Shown here: positions 29,559 to 39,586 of the stretch, in pieces
Layout: every line of letters begins with the position of its first letter
Position numbering within the stretch: position 1 is the stretch's first letter
From: Gammaproteobacteria bacterium
GTDB taxonomy: Bacteria > Pseudomonadota > Gammaproteobacteria > Arenicellales > Poriferihabitantaceae
Direction: 5' to 3'
Assembly (NCBI GenBank): GCA_022827325.1
Contig: JAJDTE010000143.1
Location: forward strand, 16,034-80,033
Length of the DNA stretch: 64,000 nucleotides
Position numbers and translations under genes: made by a program
Notes under the pieces: generated by a model
What the model was told of the DNA's origin: nothing
Seen by the model: the letters and a program-made list of their open reading frames with translations, nothing else
Databases searched by the model: none

Positions 29559-29981
29559 GTGCCGATGAAAATCACGCTCAGCAAGACCGGCAGGATCGCC
29601 TTTGAAGTCGCCACCGAAAGCGGCCACCGCCTGTCCACCGACGGCTCCCCGGACAACGGCGGCAACAACGCCGGCGCAAGGCCGATGGAGCTGCTGCTGG
29701 CGGCGCTCGGCAGCTGCAGCGGCATCGACGTCGCCCTGATCCTCGAAAAGAGCCGCCAGACCGTCACCGGCTGCCGGATCACCGTGGAGGGGCAGCGGGC
29801 CGACGCCGTGCCCGCCGTGTTCACCGATATCCATGTTCACTACACCGTCGCCGGCCCGGATCTCGACCCGAGGAAGGTGGAGCGCGCGGTGGCCCTGTCC
29901 ATGGAGAAGTACTGCTCGGTCACCAGGATGCTGCAGTCCTCCGTGGCCGTCACCCACAGTTTCGAGATCGAAGCCGCCTGA
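29559..29981 (+). CDS. OsmC/YhfA family protein
   Basis: GARPMELLLAALGSCSGIDV and LSMEKYCSV. Alternative ATG at 29565. Confidence 0.88.
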   Translation: MPMKITLSKTGRIAFEVATESGHRLSTDGSPDNGGNNAGARPMELLLAALGSCSGIDVALILEKSRQTVTGCRITVEGQRADAVPAVFTDIHVHYTVAGPDLDPRKVERAVALSMEKYCSVTRMLQSSVAVTHSFEIEAA

Positions 29982-30035
29982 CGGGTATTTGCGGGCAACT
30001 TGGCCGGCGCCGGGAAAACCTGCTATAACAGCCCG

Positions 30036-31097
30036 ATGGAACAGATTTCCAGCTGGATCAGGCGGCAGCTCTCCAATCCGCAGGTGGTGTTTCTCACCGC
30101 CGCGCTGGTGGTCCTGTTCGTCATCGTGGTCTATGCCGGCAACATGCTGGCCCCGGTGCTGGCGGGCATTGTCATCGCCTACCTGCTGGAGGGCATCATC
30201 CGGCGCATGCAGTCCCTGCGCCTGCCGCGCTGGATCTGCATCTGGACCGTGTTCACCGCCTTCATGCTCTTCCTGGTTGCGATCTTCTTCTGGCTTCTGC
30301 CGACGCTCTACACCCAGCTCGCCCAGGTGGTGGCCCAGATTCCGTCCATGCTGAGCGAGGGTCAGGCCGCGCTCATGACGCTGCCGGAGTCATACCCGGA
30401 ACTGTTCTCCCAGGCACAGGTTCTGGAACTGATCAGCAGTCTGCGGGCCGAACTCACCGGGCTCGGGCAGCAGGCCCTGGCCAATTCCCTCTACGGCGTC
30501 ACCAGCATCATCACGATCCTGATCTACGTCATCCTGCTGCCGATCCTGATCTTCTTCTTCATCCGGGACAAGCGCCGCATCCTGGACTGGACCCACGACC
30601 TGCTGCCCAGCGACAACCAGCTCGCGATTCAGGTCTGGCACGATGTCGACGTACAGATCGGCAACTACATCCGCGGCAAGTTCTGGGAGATCCTCATTGT
30701 CTGGTGGACCTGCTTCATCACCTTCTCGCTGCTCGACCTGCAGTACGCCATGCTGCTTGCGGTACTGGTGGGGCTGTCGGTGCTGATTCCCTACATCGGC
30801 GCCGCGGTAGTCACCGTGCCGGTGGTGGTGATTGCCTATTTCCAGTGGGGTCTGACCAACGAGTTCTACTATCTCGTGGTGGCCTACCTGATCATCCAGG
30901 CCCTGGACGGCAACCTGCTGGTGCCGCTCCTTTTCTCCGAGGTGGTGAACCTGCACCCGGTGGCCATCATCGTGGCGGTGCTGTTCTTCGGCGGTCTGTT
31001 CGGGATCTGGGGCGTTTTCTTCGCCATCCCCCTGGCCACGCTGGTCCAGGCCATCATGGTGGCCTGGCCGCGCAGCGCGGAACCCGAGGAACCCTGA
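30036..31097 (+). CDS. AI-2E family transporter (PerM-like)
   Basis: LAPVLAGIVIAYLL, YIRGK, IPYIGA and QALDGNLLVPLLFSE.VNLHP. Confidence 0.9.
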   Translation: MEQISSWIRRQLSNPQVVFLTAALVVLFVIVVYAGNMLAPVLAGIVIAYLLEGIIRRMQSLRLPRWICIWTVFTAFMLFLVAIFFWLLPTLYTQLAQVVAQIPSMLSEGQAALMTLPESYPELFSQAQVLELISSLRAELTGLGQQALANSLYGVTSIITILIYVILLPILIFFFIRDKRRILDWTHDLLPSDNQLAIQVWHDVDVQIGNYIRGKFWEILIVWWTCFITFSLLDLQYAMLLAVLVGLSVLIPYIGAAVVTVPVVVIAYFQWGLTNEFYYLVVAYLIIQALDGNLLVPLLFSEVVNLHPVAIIVAVLFFGGLFGIWGVFFAIPLATLVQAIMVAWPRSAEPEEP

Positions 31098-31128
31098 GGC
31101 GGACGCCGGTCGCAGCAGGCGGACGTTC

Positions 31129-31437
31129 ATGAAATGCGTGTACCGCGCGGAGTCCCTGGTGGATGCCCGCATCTATGCGGACTGCCTCCGGGGCAATGGC
31201 GTGCCCTGTGAAATCTTTCAGGAGAACGCGGTCGGCGCCCTTGGCGAGCTGCCGGTGATCGGCCCGGAGGTCTGGGTGCGGCGCGACGCCGACGCCGACC
31301 GGGCCAGGCGGCTGGTGGAGATGCTGGAGCAGTCCCTGGCGGAGAACCGGTCCGGACCCCCTTCCCTGTGCGGCCAGTGCGGCGAAACCAGCCCTGCAGG
31401 CTTCGAAATCTGCTGGCACTGCGGCCGTAGTTTCTGA
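31129..31437 (+). CDS. DUF2007-like signal-transducing domain with C-terminal zinc ribbon
   Basis: GALGELP...PEVWV followed by CGQCGE...FEICWHCG. Confidence 0.8.
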   Translation: MKCVYRAESLVDARIYADCLRGNGVPCEIFQENAVGALGELPVIGPEVWVRRDADADRARRLVEMLEQSLAENRSGPPSLCGQCGETSPAGFEICWHCGRSF

Positions 31438-31442
31438 GGGCA

Positions 31443-33749
31443 TTGGCGACCCGACGCAAGAGGCGCGCCGGCCGCTCCCACGCCGGGGCGGGAGGGAGGC
31501 GTCGGGTTCCGTTTTTCCGGCCCCTTGCCCTGCGTATCGCGCTCGCGCTTGCGGCCTGCTTCGCCGGCCTCATACTGCACTTCGACTACCAGATGCAGCT
31601 GTATTTCCGTGACAGCGCGCATCCCCGGCCGGCGCTCCTCTACGCGCGGGCGCCCAAGCTGTCCCCGCTCTCCGGGCAGTCGCCCGAGGCAGTGGCGTCC
31701 CTGCTCGAATACCGCGGATACCGCCGGTCGGACCGCCTTGAGGGTCCCGGCAGCTACGTGCTGACGGGCAACCGGATGGATCTCTATCCCAACCGGGCAC
31801 CCGGCGGCGCCGAAGCATCCGGACCGGTGCGCCTGGAATTTCAGGACGGCCGTCTGCGCGCCATGCACAGGCACGCCGACGGCGCCCGCCTCGGCGGCAT
31901 CGCCCTGGAGCCGGAGGCCATCGGCACGCTCCAGCTCGGGCCCTATGAGGACCGTATCGCGCTCCGGCTGCACCAGATGCCGGAACTCCTGGTCCGGGCA
32001 TTGCTGGCCATGGAAGACCGGAACTTCGAGAGGCATATCGGCGTGGATGTCTTCGCCATCGCCCGGGCCCTCGTCAACAACCTGCTCCACGGCCAGACGA
32101 CCCAGGGCGGCAGCACCATCACCCAGCAACTGGTGAAGAACCTGTTCCTGAGCCCCGAACGGACCCTGTCCCGGAAGGTCACGGAGGCCCTCATGGCCGT
32201 CACCCTGGAGCTCCGCCTTTCCAAGGCCGAGATCCTCGAGCATTATCTCAACGAGATCTTTCTCGGCCAGTCGGGCAACCGCGCGGTACATGGCTTTGCA
32301 CTGGCCAGCGAGTACTACTTCGCCCGGCCGCTGGACCGCCTGGGCCCGCAAGAGATCGCCACCCTGGTGGGGATGATCCCCGCACCCTCCCTTTACAATC
32401 CCAGGCGCAACCCGGAGCGCGCCCTGGTCCGGAGGAATCTGGTGCTGTCCAAGCTGGCGGAGGTGGGGGCTATCAGCGACAGCGCCGCGACGGCCCTTGC
32501 CAGGTCACCCATGGCGATCGGGCCGCACCGCAGCGCCGGCGGAAGCGTCTTCCCCGCGTATGTCGACTACCTGCACCGGCAGGTGCGCCAGTACTTCCCC
32601 GAGGACGTGTTGCGCGCCGGCGGAATCCGGCTGTACACGACCCTGGATGCGGATATCCAGCAGGCCGCGCAGCAGGCCCTTTCCCGGGTCCTGGGGCGGC
32701 TCGAGTCGGACCGCGGCATGTCGCCGGGCGTGCTCCAGGGCTCGGCCGTCGTGGTGTCCGTGGACAGCGGCGAGATCCTGGCCCTGGTGGGCGGCCGCCG
32801 GGGGGGCTTCGCGGGGTTCAACCGCGCCGTGGATGCCCAAAGGCCCATCGGCTCCCTGGTCAAGCCGCTGGTCTACCTCACGGCCCTGGAACGGCCCGGC
32901 CGGTTTACCCTTGGCAGCATGCTCCAGGACTCGCCGCTCACCCTGGAAACCGAAACCGGGCGCTCCTGGTCGCCACAGAACTACGACCGTGATTTCCGGG
33001 GGCCGGTCATGTTGCTGGAGGCGCTGGCGCGCTCCTACAACGTGCCCGCGGTGCGGCTGGGTCTCGAGGTGGGTCTGGATGCGGTTGCGGAAACCATCAA
33101 CCGGCTCGGGGTCCGCAAGGAAATCCCGCGATATCCTTCCACGCTGCTGGGCTCCAGCGCACACAGCCCCCTTGAAATCGCCCAGCTCTACCAGTCCATC
33201 GCAAGCCACGGCAACCGCATGCCCCTGCGCAGCATCAGCCACATCACCGACCCGGTGGGGGGCTTGATCGCCCGGTTTCCCGGCAGGGCCGACAGGGTGA
33301 TCGAGCCGGGGCCCGCCTACCTGATCGACTTTGCGCTCCGGCAGGTGGTCCGCAGCGGAACCGCGTCCCGCGCATCACGGCACTTTCCGTCGTCACTCGG
33401 ACTGGCGGGCAAGACGGGCACCACCGACGACTACCGGGACAGCTGGTTCGCGGGATACAGCGGTAACCTGGTGACCGTGGTGTGGGTGGGCCGGGACGAT
33501 AACCGCCCGGTGGGCCTGACCGGCGCCGGCGGCGCCATGCGCGTGTGGATGGAAATCATGCAGGCACTTCCCCTTGCGCCGTCCGCACACCGGCGACCCT
33601 CCGGGGTGCGCTTCCTGGAACTGGACCCGGCCACCGGGCTGCTTGCCCGGGACAGCTGCCCGGAGCGCATCCGGATACCCGTGATGGCGCGAAGCCGTAC
33701 CCCCAGGCCCGCGCCCTGTTCCGGCGCGGGCGGGACCGGCCGGAACTGA
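31443..33749 (+). CDS. mrcB: Penicillin-binding protein 1B (bifunctional GT/TP with UB2H domain)
   Basis: EDRNF..H.GVD, QGGSTITQQLVKN and RKVTE; transpeptidase motifs SLVK, SYN and KTGT. Confidence 0.92.
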   Translation: MATRRKRRAGRSHAGAGGRRRVPFFRPLALRIALALAACFAGLILHFDYQMQLYFRDSAHPRPALLYARAPKLSPLSGQSPEAVASLLEYRGYRRSDRLEGPGSYVLTGNRMDLYPNRAPGGAEASGPVRLEFQDGRLRAMHRHADGARLGGIALEPEAIGTLQLGPYEDRIALRLHQMPELLVRALLAMEDRNFERHIGVDVFAIARALVNNLLHGQTTQGGSTITQQLVKNLFLSPERTLSRKVTEALMAVTLELRLSKAEILEHYLNEIFLGQSGNRAVHGFALASEYYFARPLDRLGPQEIATLVGMIPAPSLYNPRRNPERALVRRNLVLSKLAEVGAISDSAATALARSPMAIGPHRSAGGSVFPAYVDYLHRQVRQYFPEDVLRAGGIRLYTTLDADIQQAAQQALSRVLGRLESDRGMSPGVLQGSAVVVSVDSGEILALVGGRRGGFAGFNRAVDAQRPIGSLVKPLVYLTALERPGRFTLGSMLQDSPLTLETETGRSWSPQNYDRDFRGPVMLLEALARSYNVPAVRLGLEVGLDAVAETINRLGVRKEIPRYPSTLLGSSAHSPLEIAQLYQSIASHGNRMPLRSISHITDPVGGLIARFPGRADRVIEPGPAYLIDFALRQVVRSGTASRASRHFPSSLGLAGKTGTTDDYRDSWFAGYSGNLVTVVWVGRDDNRPVGLTGAGGAMRVWMEIMQALPLAPSAHRRPSGVRFLELDPATGLLARDSCPERIRIPVMARSRTPRPAPCSGAGGTGRN

Positions 33750-34019
33750 TCCAGACCGGTTCCCTCGTATCGTTGCCGGATTCCGTTTCCCCTTCCGGTT
33801 CTTCATCAAGACCGGCACATCATATGATGCCGGTATCTACGATCATGCCCGGACAGTCTTCATTCCGTCCTTGGCCGGCTCATTCCACGGAATAGCGCCT
33901 TCCATGTCACCCGGATGCCGTTCCTTAGGAGGACACGGGCAGTGGTGGTAGCGATCCATTGACGTTTCCTATTCTCAGCAACCGGATATGGGCTGGGCTG
34001 GGGTTCGGAAGGCTCCAGA

Positions 34020-36047
34020 TTAAAATCCTGCCAATAGCGGCAAACCGACCGGATCGTCCGGGAGTGTTGGTGCCATGGGTAAGGAGACCTGCCACTGGGG
34101 CTTGTCCGGGAACAAGCCTGAGAATGTGGCGGCAGCAAGGCAGTCGACTCCCGGCTCACCGAGCAGCAATGCCAGTTTCTTGCCATTCGCCTGAACGATC
34201 AGCGCCCGACATCCGGGCAGCTGGTGACTGCCGGACGAGCTGAATTCGGGATACTTGCATAATTGCCCCGACAGTGCTCGCAGCAGATGAAATGCAGGCC
34301 TGGGATTACACAGGCGATCCAGTACTCCATGGCGAACAAAGTAACCGCGGTCGATATCCATGAACGTATCCGCGAAGGCCCAGGTATTTTCAAATGCGTT
34401 GGCCGCGAACATCGCCTCGGCAACGCGATTGGCGGTCCAGTGATCATTGCGAATGGGCGCGGCAGGATTCGATCCGCAAAGGCGTATATGCACTGACGCC
34501 TTGGCACCCAGTTCAGCGGCGGTTCGTGACGCTGCCTCGATGCCATCCCAGGGCCAGACTTCCGCTGTGACCCGGAACACGAATCCTGCGACGCCATCAC
34601 CAATATCTTCCTTCAGCCAACGCAGCTGTTCGGTATCGTCCGGCAGAAACCCCTGGTTTATCACATGGTAATAATGACCGGCTTCAGCCCGCAGTTCGGA
34701 TATCGAACGTAACCTCGAAAGGTAAATATCCAGCGGTATTTCTCTGGCCGCCTGCCGAATATCGGTGACATTCAGGTCACGCTCCCCCCAGTCGATGCAG
34801 ATTTCCCAGGCGCTGAACAGGTCGTGGTGCCGTCCGATCATGGCCCGGTCCCGATCGGTCGGGGCACCGAATGTGAACAAGACGAACTCCTGTCCGAAGG
34901 CGCGTAACTCGCGCATGCGGTCGCGCGTCGGCTGGTGCAGCAGGTCCCGCAACGGGACGCGCAATCGGCGCACACCGAGTTCCCACAACGCCATCAGCGG
35001 ATAGTCGTTGCGAACCTCCTTGCGGTCGAATTCATCAAGGCCCCCGGTCGGGGGAATTTCCACGATCTCCGCCCAGTTGTGACGCATGTCGAAACCGAAT
35101 CGGAAATGCGGATTGGTAAGCGGATGAGCAGCCGGGAGCAGTGGGGAGACAGCCTCGTCGAGAGATGCGGACTCGAGTACGCGCCCGAAAGTGCGCCTGA
35201 TTTCGACGAGATGCCCTTGCTCGTGTACGTGGACCAGGAAATAGGCGAGTTTCGGCCGGTCGTTCCGGCCGGCCTCGTCTTCGTCACCCGGCGGGCTACG
35301 GTACATCTCGCTGTAATCCTGGCGGACGAAGGAGGTCGAAGGTACCAGGTAGCAGTCGGTTTGGGCGTAACGGTTGTACCAGAAATTGTGCACATGGCCG
35401 GCCAGCATGACTTCCACCCCGTAGCGTTCCAGCAACCCGAGCAGCCAGCCGCGACCGGGTTCGGCCAGGTTGTCGTAGTTCACCTCCTCGTCGGGCCGGG
35501 TGAAATACGGCGGATAGTGGATATGCAGGAAAATGCGCCGGCCACGATGTCGTTCAAGGTCCGCTTCCAGCCAAGCCTGCTGGTTCGCCTCGGCAGCCAG
35601 TCCGGAGTTGATGATCTGGGCATTGACAATGACGAAGTGAACCGAGTCGTGATCGAAACTCTGGTAGTGTGGGCCGAAATGCTCCTCCCACAAGGCCACG
35701 TATTCATCGCAAACCGAGGCTGCCGGAGCCCAAGGATTCGGCTTGTCGCCGATGTCGTGGTTTCCTGGTGTCAGGTAAATCGGATGCCGCAACTGCCCTA
35801 TCTGCTGAAGAAAACAGTGAGCCGCCCTGCGATACAGATCCGGTATCGCCGGAACCGGGTGGATCAGATCGCCGATATTGACAACAAACTCCAGGTCCAT
35901 CGAGTTGAGTTCGCGCACCACGTGGCGCATGCGGGCGTTGGCGAGGCGATTGACGGCATACGGCGAATTGCACTCGTCCTCGCCCTGGTTCAGATGGGTG
36001 TCTGTTATGGCCGCATAGGTGAAACGGCGTGCTCCAAGTCGTTTCAA
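34020..36047 (-). CDS. Calcineurin-like metallophosphoesterase fused to an unidentified C-terminal domain
   Basis: DTH, GD, GNHD, H-x-H-YP and GHVH motifs in the N-terminal ~280 aa; the remaining ~390 aa are not recognisable. TTG start. Confidence 0.8.
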   Translation of the reverse strand: MKRLGARRFTYAAITDTHLNQGEDECNSPYAVNRLANARMRHVVRELNSMDLEFVVNIGDLIHPVPAIPDLYRRAAHCFLQQIGQLRHPIYLTPGNHDIGDKPNPWAPAASVCDEYVALWEEHFGPHYQSFDHDSVHFVIVNAQIINSGLAAEANQQAWLEADLERHRGRRIFLHIHYPPYFTRPDEEVNYDNLAEPGRGWLLGLLERYGVEVMLAGHVHNFWYNRYAQTDCYLVPSTSFVRQDYSEMYRSPPGDEDEAGRNDRPKLAYFLVHVHEQGHLVEIRRTFGRVLESASLDEAVSPLLPAAHPLTNPHFRFGFDMRHNWAEIVEIPPTGGLDEFDRKEVRNDYPLMALWELGVRRLRVPLRDLLHQPTRDRMRELRAFGQEFVLFTFGAPTDRDRAMIGRHHDLFSAWEICIDWGERDLNVTDIRQAAREIPLDIYLSRLRSISELRAEAGHYYHVINQGFLPDDTEQLRWLKEDIGDGVAGFVFRVTAEVWPWDGIEAASRTAAELGAKASVHIRLCGSNPAAPIRNDHWTANRVAEAMFAANAFENTWAFADTFMDIDRGYFVRHGVLDRLCNPRPAFHLLRALSGQLCKYPEFSSSGSHQLPGCRALIVQANGKKLALLLGEPGVDCLAAATFSGLFPDKPQWQVSLPMAPTLPDDPVGLPLLAGF

Positions 36048-36077
36048 GTTCCTGCTTCCAAGATCAGCAAGTCGCCA

Positions 36078-37229
36078 TCATACGGCACCGTCGCCTGAAT
36101 ACTGTCGCTTGATGCCGAGAATTTGCTTCCATTCCCGCGATGCTCTCAATCCAGTGATGTGCTCCTCGAACGGATCGGTATGCAGCCCGTTCACGGGGCG
36201 ATCGGCTTCTGACCAGACGCCACGCCGCCGGCGCGCTTCGCGCTGGTCGATGAGCCAGTCGTGGTAGCTTTCCAGCACCAGTCGACCGCCCGGACCAACC
36301 AATGCCGCCGCGCGGAAACAGGCATCCAGATCGCGGTACCGCTGGGCCTCATCTTCATCGATCGCGATTGGCTCGATGTTGAGGGTGTAGCCTTCTGCCT
36401 GGTGGACCTGCCCGGCGACGCCGGCGTAAACCCCCTGGTCGCGCAGGCTCATCTGCTCTTGGTAAATGCCGATGTATTGGTCGGTTATTGGTGAAGACAG
36501 CGCTTTGTGATCCCGCAGCCGGCCGCGTTCGCGTGCGACCGCACCCTGGTGAAAGTCGAGCAGACGGTTTTCGTACTCTTCACCAAGAAATTCACAGACT
36601 CCGCGTAACACGTTCACGGGATCTCGAACCAGATTCTCATAGTGAACGTCATGCCAGTTTTCAGCGCCGAGTTCGTCACGCAGGATTTGGGCGTGGCGTT
36701 GACTGTGCGACCAGTTTTCAGCCGCAACGAAAACGTTGTTGGGCCCGAAATCGGACCCGATCGCGTCAACGCTCATGTCGCGTCCGTCCCGCGTAATGCA
36801 GACGATCTTGGCACCAGGGAAGTCGGTGAGAATTTCGCGGACGAAATACAGGTTGTTCGGTGTTTTCTCACCCCACCGCGGCTTGCCAACCCATTTGGCA
36901 TAGGATTCGAGCATTGCGCAGAAAATTCCCGCGAAACTGGATTCTCTGGCGCATTCGAGGATTTCCGATACGGCGGTTCGGGGATTGAACGGCATGCCCC
37001 ACAGAGGATTGCGAAGCCCGAATATCATTTCATCGGCCAGCGTGTGCAGGTTTTCTGGTTCGTCGAGCGAACCGTAACTGTAAAGATATCCGCGAAATCT
37101 CGGGTACCACCATGACACCTCCGGTACCGCCAGCCGGGAATGCATGCCGAGAATCGCCATCAGCAACGTCGACCCCGAGCGTTCCTGGCCCACGATAAAA
37201 AACGGCTTTTCGTCGAGATCGATCGGCAT
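36078..37229 (-). CDS. PAPS-dependent sulfotransferase family protein
   Basis: 5'-PSB motif IVGQERSGSTLL, WGEKTP, 3'-PB motif RDGRD...D and YENLV.DP. Confidence 0.87.
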   Translation of the reverse strand: MPIDLDEKPFFIVGQERSGSTLLMAILGMHSRLAVPEVSWWYPRFRGYLYSYGSLDEPENLHTLADEMIFGLRNPLWGMPFNPRTAVSEILECARESSFAGIFCAMLESYAKWVGKPRWGEKTPNNLYFVREILTDFPGAKIVCITRDGRDMSVDAIGSDFGPNNVFVAAENWSHSQRHAQILRDELGAENWHDVHYENLVRDPVNVLRGVCEFLGEEYENRLLDFHQGAVARERGRLRDHKALSSPITDQYIGIYQEQMSLRDQGVYAGVAGQVHQAEGYTLNIEPIAIDEDEAQRYRDLDACFRAAALVGPGGRLVLESYHDWLIDQREARRRRGVWSEADRPVNGLHTDPFEEHITGLRASREWKQILGIKRQYSGDGAV

Positions 37230-37248
37230 CGAACTTGCGCTCTCATTA

Positions 37249-37289
37249 TTGACATGAAAGATTCTATGTTTAGAATGTTAGTATGTCAA
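37249..37289. promoter_or_regulatory. Overlapping bidirectional sigma70 promoters forming a dyad
   Basis: Plus strand: TTGACA(37249-54)-N16-TAGAAT(37271-76). Minus strand: TTGACA(37289-84)-N17-TAGAAT(37266-61). Confidence 0.75.
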
Positions 37290-37329
37290 AATCTATTTCG
37301 ATTTCAGATCAGCACGAAAGGAAGATCCC

Positions 37330-38064
37330 ATGCCTCTAGCCCCCATGCTACGAACCACGCCTGGCAAACTGTACGTGCACATCGCCAGCGTCATCCGTCG
37401 CCGGATCGAGAACGGCGATTGGAAACCCGGGGACCAGATTCCAACGATATCGAGCTTGGCCAAACAGCTCGATGTGGCCATCGTTTCGGTGCGCCAGGCG
37501 CTGGATTTGCTCGAGCAGGACGGTCTGCTGCGCCGCCAGCAGGGCAAAGGAACCTTCGTTGAAGAGAGTGCCGCGATAAAGCAGATCTGGCTGGAGATGG
37601 ACTCGACCTGGGGCGCGCTGGTCAAGAAATGGGAAGGTATCAGCCCAACGATCCTGGCGGCGCATGACCATGTAGTCGATGTGCCGCTGCGGCCGGGAGA
37701 GGGGTTTCCGGTCGGCCCGTATCACTTTATGCGGCGGCTGCACGCCTTCGAAGGTGCGCCGTATGCGATCGTCAACATATACCTCGACATGGCAATCTAC
37801 GAATGGGCGCCGGATCGTTTCGACGCCGAGCGCGTGGTGCCCATCATCCAGGCGATGGATGATGTCGAGATTGGTGCGGCCACCGAGGTGCTGAGTGTTG
37901 CCGAAGCAGAGGCCAATACCGCTGATCTGCTCGGTATCCGGCTGCATTCCCCGATTGCCGAAGTCCGGCGTGTCGTGAAAAACCGCGAGGGTTTCGTGAT
38001 CTTCCTGGCCGAATGCGTTTACCGAGGCGACATGGTGAAACTCGAACGCCGCTTCGTCATATGA
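37330..38064 (+). CDS. GntR family regulator, HutC/UTRA subfamily
   Basis: wHTH LY..IA...PT...LA...V...VRQAL..L...G...QGKGTFV followed by a UTRA-type domain (...YRGD). Confidence 0.9.
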   Translation: MPLAPMLRTTPGKLYVHIASVIRRRIENGDWKPGDQIPTISSLAKQLDVAIVSVRQALDLLEQDGLLRRQQGKGTFVEESAAIKQIWLEMDSTWGALVKKWEGISPTILAAHDHVVDVPLRPGEGFPVGPYHFMRRLHAFEGAPYAIVNIYLDMAIYEWAPDRFDAERVVPIIQAMDDVEIGAATEVLSVAEAEANTADLLGIRLHSPIAEVRRVVKNREGFVIFLAECVYRGDMVKLERRFVI

Positions 38065-38117
38065 GCCGGCCTGCACCGGCAGGCAGGCAACCACCAACCG
38101 CGCATAGGAGGTTAGAA

Positions 38118-39080
38118 ATGAAGTTTTTATTCAAAACAGCCAGTCTGCTGGCCGCGCTGCTCCTGTTCCCCGCGACAGCCCAGGCCGAATTTCCGAACAA
38201 GCCGATCACGGTGCTGAACGGTGCCGGTGTTGGCGGCGGTGTCGATACCTACGGGCGCATCGTCGCAAGCGTCGCACCGGATGTCCTCGACGGTCAGCCA
38301 ATGATCGTCGTAAACCGGCCTGGCGGAGCCCATACGGTAGCGTTGAAGCACCTGAAACGTGCCAAACCGGACGGCTACACCCTCGCGATGGTGTCTTTCG
38401 GCAGCAGCGTCATTGCTTCTACGTTGCGCGATATCGGACTCGACCCCATCAATGAGTTCGAGTTTGTCGCCCAAGTTGGCGCCATCGTGCCCGCGCTGTT
38501 TGTCAAGCAGGGCAGTGCCTATGCGGACCCGACATCGGTCATCGAAGCCGCCAGGCAAAATCCCGGAAACATGAGCTATGGCCACTCCGGCCGGGGCTCG
38601 GCGACAAATATCGCCATGGTCGCCTGGCTTGCCGCAAACGATATCTCGATGAAGGACGTGCCGTTCAAGGGCGGCGGTCAGTCGCGAGCCGCGCTGATTG
38701 CCGGCGACGTCGATTTCCTCAGTACCGGCATCCAGCAGTACAGCGGTTTCAAGGACAAGATCAACGCGCTCGGTGTATTTCCGGGCGTACGGGACAATGC
38801 CTTTTCCGAGGTGCTGACGATGAAGGAACAGGGTGTCGCATTTGTCGATGTCTATTCGCCGGTGATGATCCTGGCGCCGAAAGAGACACCACCCGATGTG
38901 ATCGCCCGATTGGAAAAGGCGATCGCCGATACGGTCGAGAATCGGGCCTTTACCAAGCTTGCCAAGTCCGCCAACCTAAACGTCGTGTTTGCCAGCAGCG
39001 AGGACTCCAGGACGTTGATGGAACGTCTATCACGCGAGTGGGCGTCGACGCTCGATCAGGTGAAGGCATCTGTAAACTAG
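38118..39080 (+). CDS. tctC: Tripartite tricarboxylate transporter substrate-binding protein (TctC/Bug)
   Basis: RBS AGGAGG, signal peptide AQA|EFPNKPI, GGGVD..GR, NRPGG, PDGYTL and VPFKGG. Confidence 0.9.
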   Translation: MKFLFKTASLLAALLLFPATAQAEFPNKPITVLNGAGVGGGVDTYGRIVASVAPDVLDGQPMIVVNRPGGAHTVALKHLKRAKPDGYTLAMVSFGSSVIASTLRDIGLDPINEFEFVAQVGAIVPALFVKQGSAYADPTSVIEAARQNPGNMSYGHSGRGSATNIAMVAWLAANDISMKDVPFKGGGQSRAALIAGDVDFLSTGIQQYSGFKDKINALGVFPGVRDNAFSEVLTMKEQGVAFVDVYSPVMILAPKETPPDVIARLEKAIADTVENRAFTKLAKSANLNVVFASSEDSRTLMERLSREWASTLDQVKASVN

Positions 39081-39094
39081 GTCGTCCCGGTCCG

Positions 39095-39574
39095 GTGCCA
39101 CATGCGGATCGCATCACCGGTGGGCTCGTTATCGCTCTTGGCAGCTTTCTGTTCGTATTCAGCCGTTCGATCGAAGGATTTGGTGATGATCCGGTCGGTC
39201 CCCGGTTCTTGCCGCAGACAGCAACCCTGGGACTGGTTCTGCTGGGCGCCCTGCTGGTTGCTAATCCCGGAGTCAGGCATGCCAGGACCGACCTGACCGA
39301 CATCGCGACCGAGGCGAAATCACAAGGATTGCCGCCGGTTATTCTGGCAATGGTCGGAATCGTCTATGTGGGCCTGTTTCACGTGGTCGGTTATCTGCTG
39401 GCCACGGCACTGGTTCTGCCGTCCGTGCTGGTTGTCTTCGGCCATCGCCGGCCGGTGAGAATCCTGGTCCTGAGCCTCCTGGTCACAGCAGCGTTCTACG
39501 GAGTCTTTTTTGTCCTGCTAGGTGCCCACGACCCACCCGGCGTCTGGCTCGATCTCAGGGGGCTGCTCGACTAG
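39095..39574 (+). CDS. tctB: Tripartite tricarboxylate transporter small membrane subunit TctB
   Basis: Four to five TM helices, VGPRFLP, GYLLAT; lies between tctC and tctA. GTG start inferred. Confidence 0.8.
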   Translation: MPHADRITGGLVIALGSFLFVFSRSIEGFGDDPVGPRFLPQTATLGLVLLGALLVANPGVRHARTDLTDIATEAKSQGLPPVILAMVGIVYVGLFHVVGYLLATALVLPSVLVVFGHRRPVRILVLSLLVTAAFYGVFFVLLGAHDPPGVWLDLRGLLD

Positions 39575-39586
39575 CCGACTATTCCC

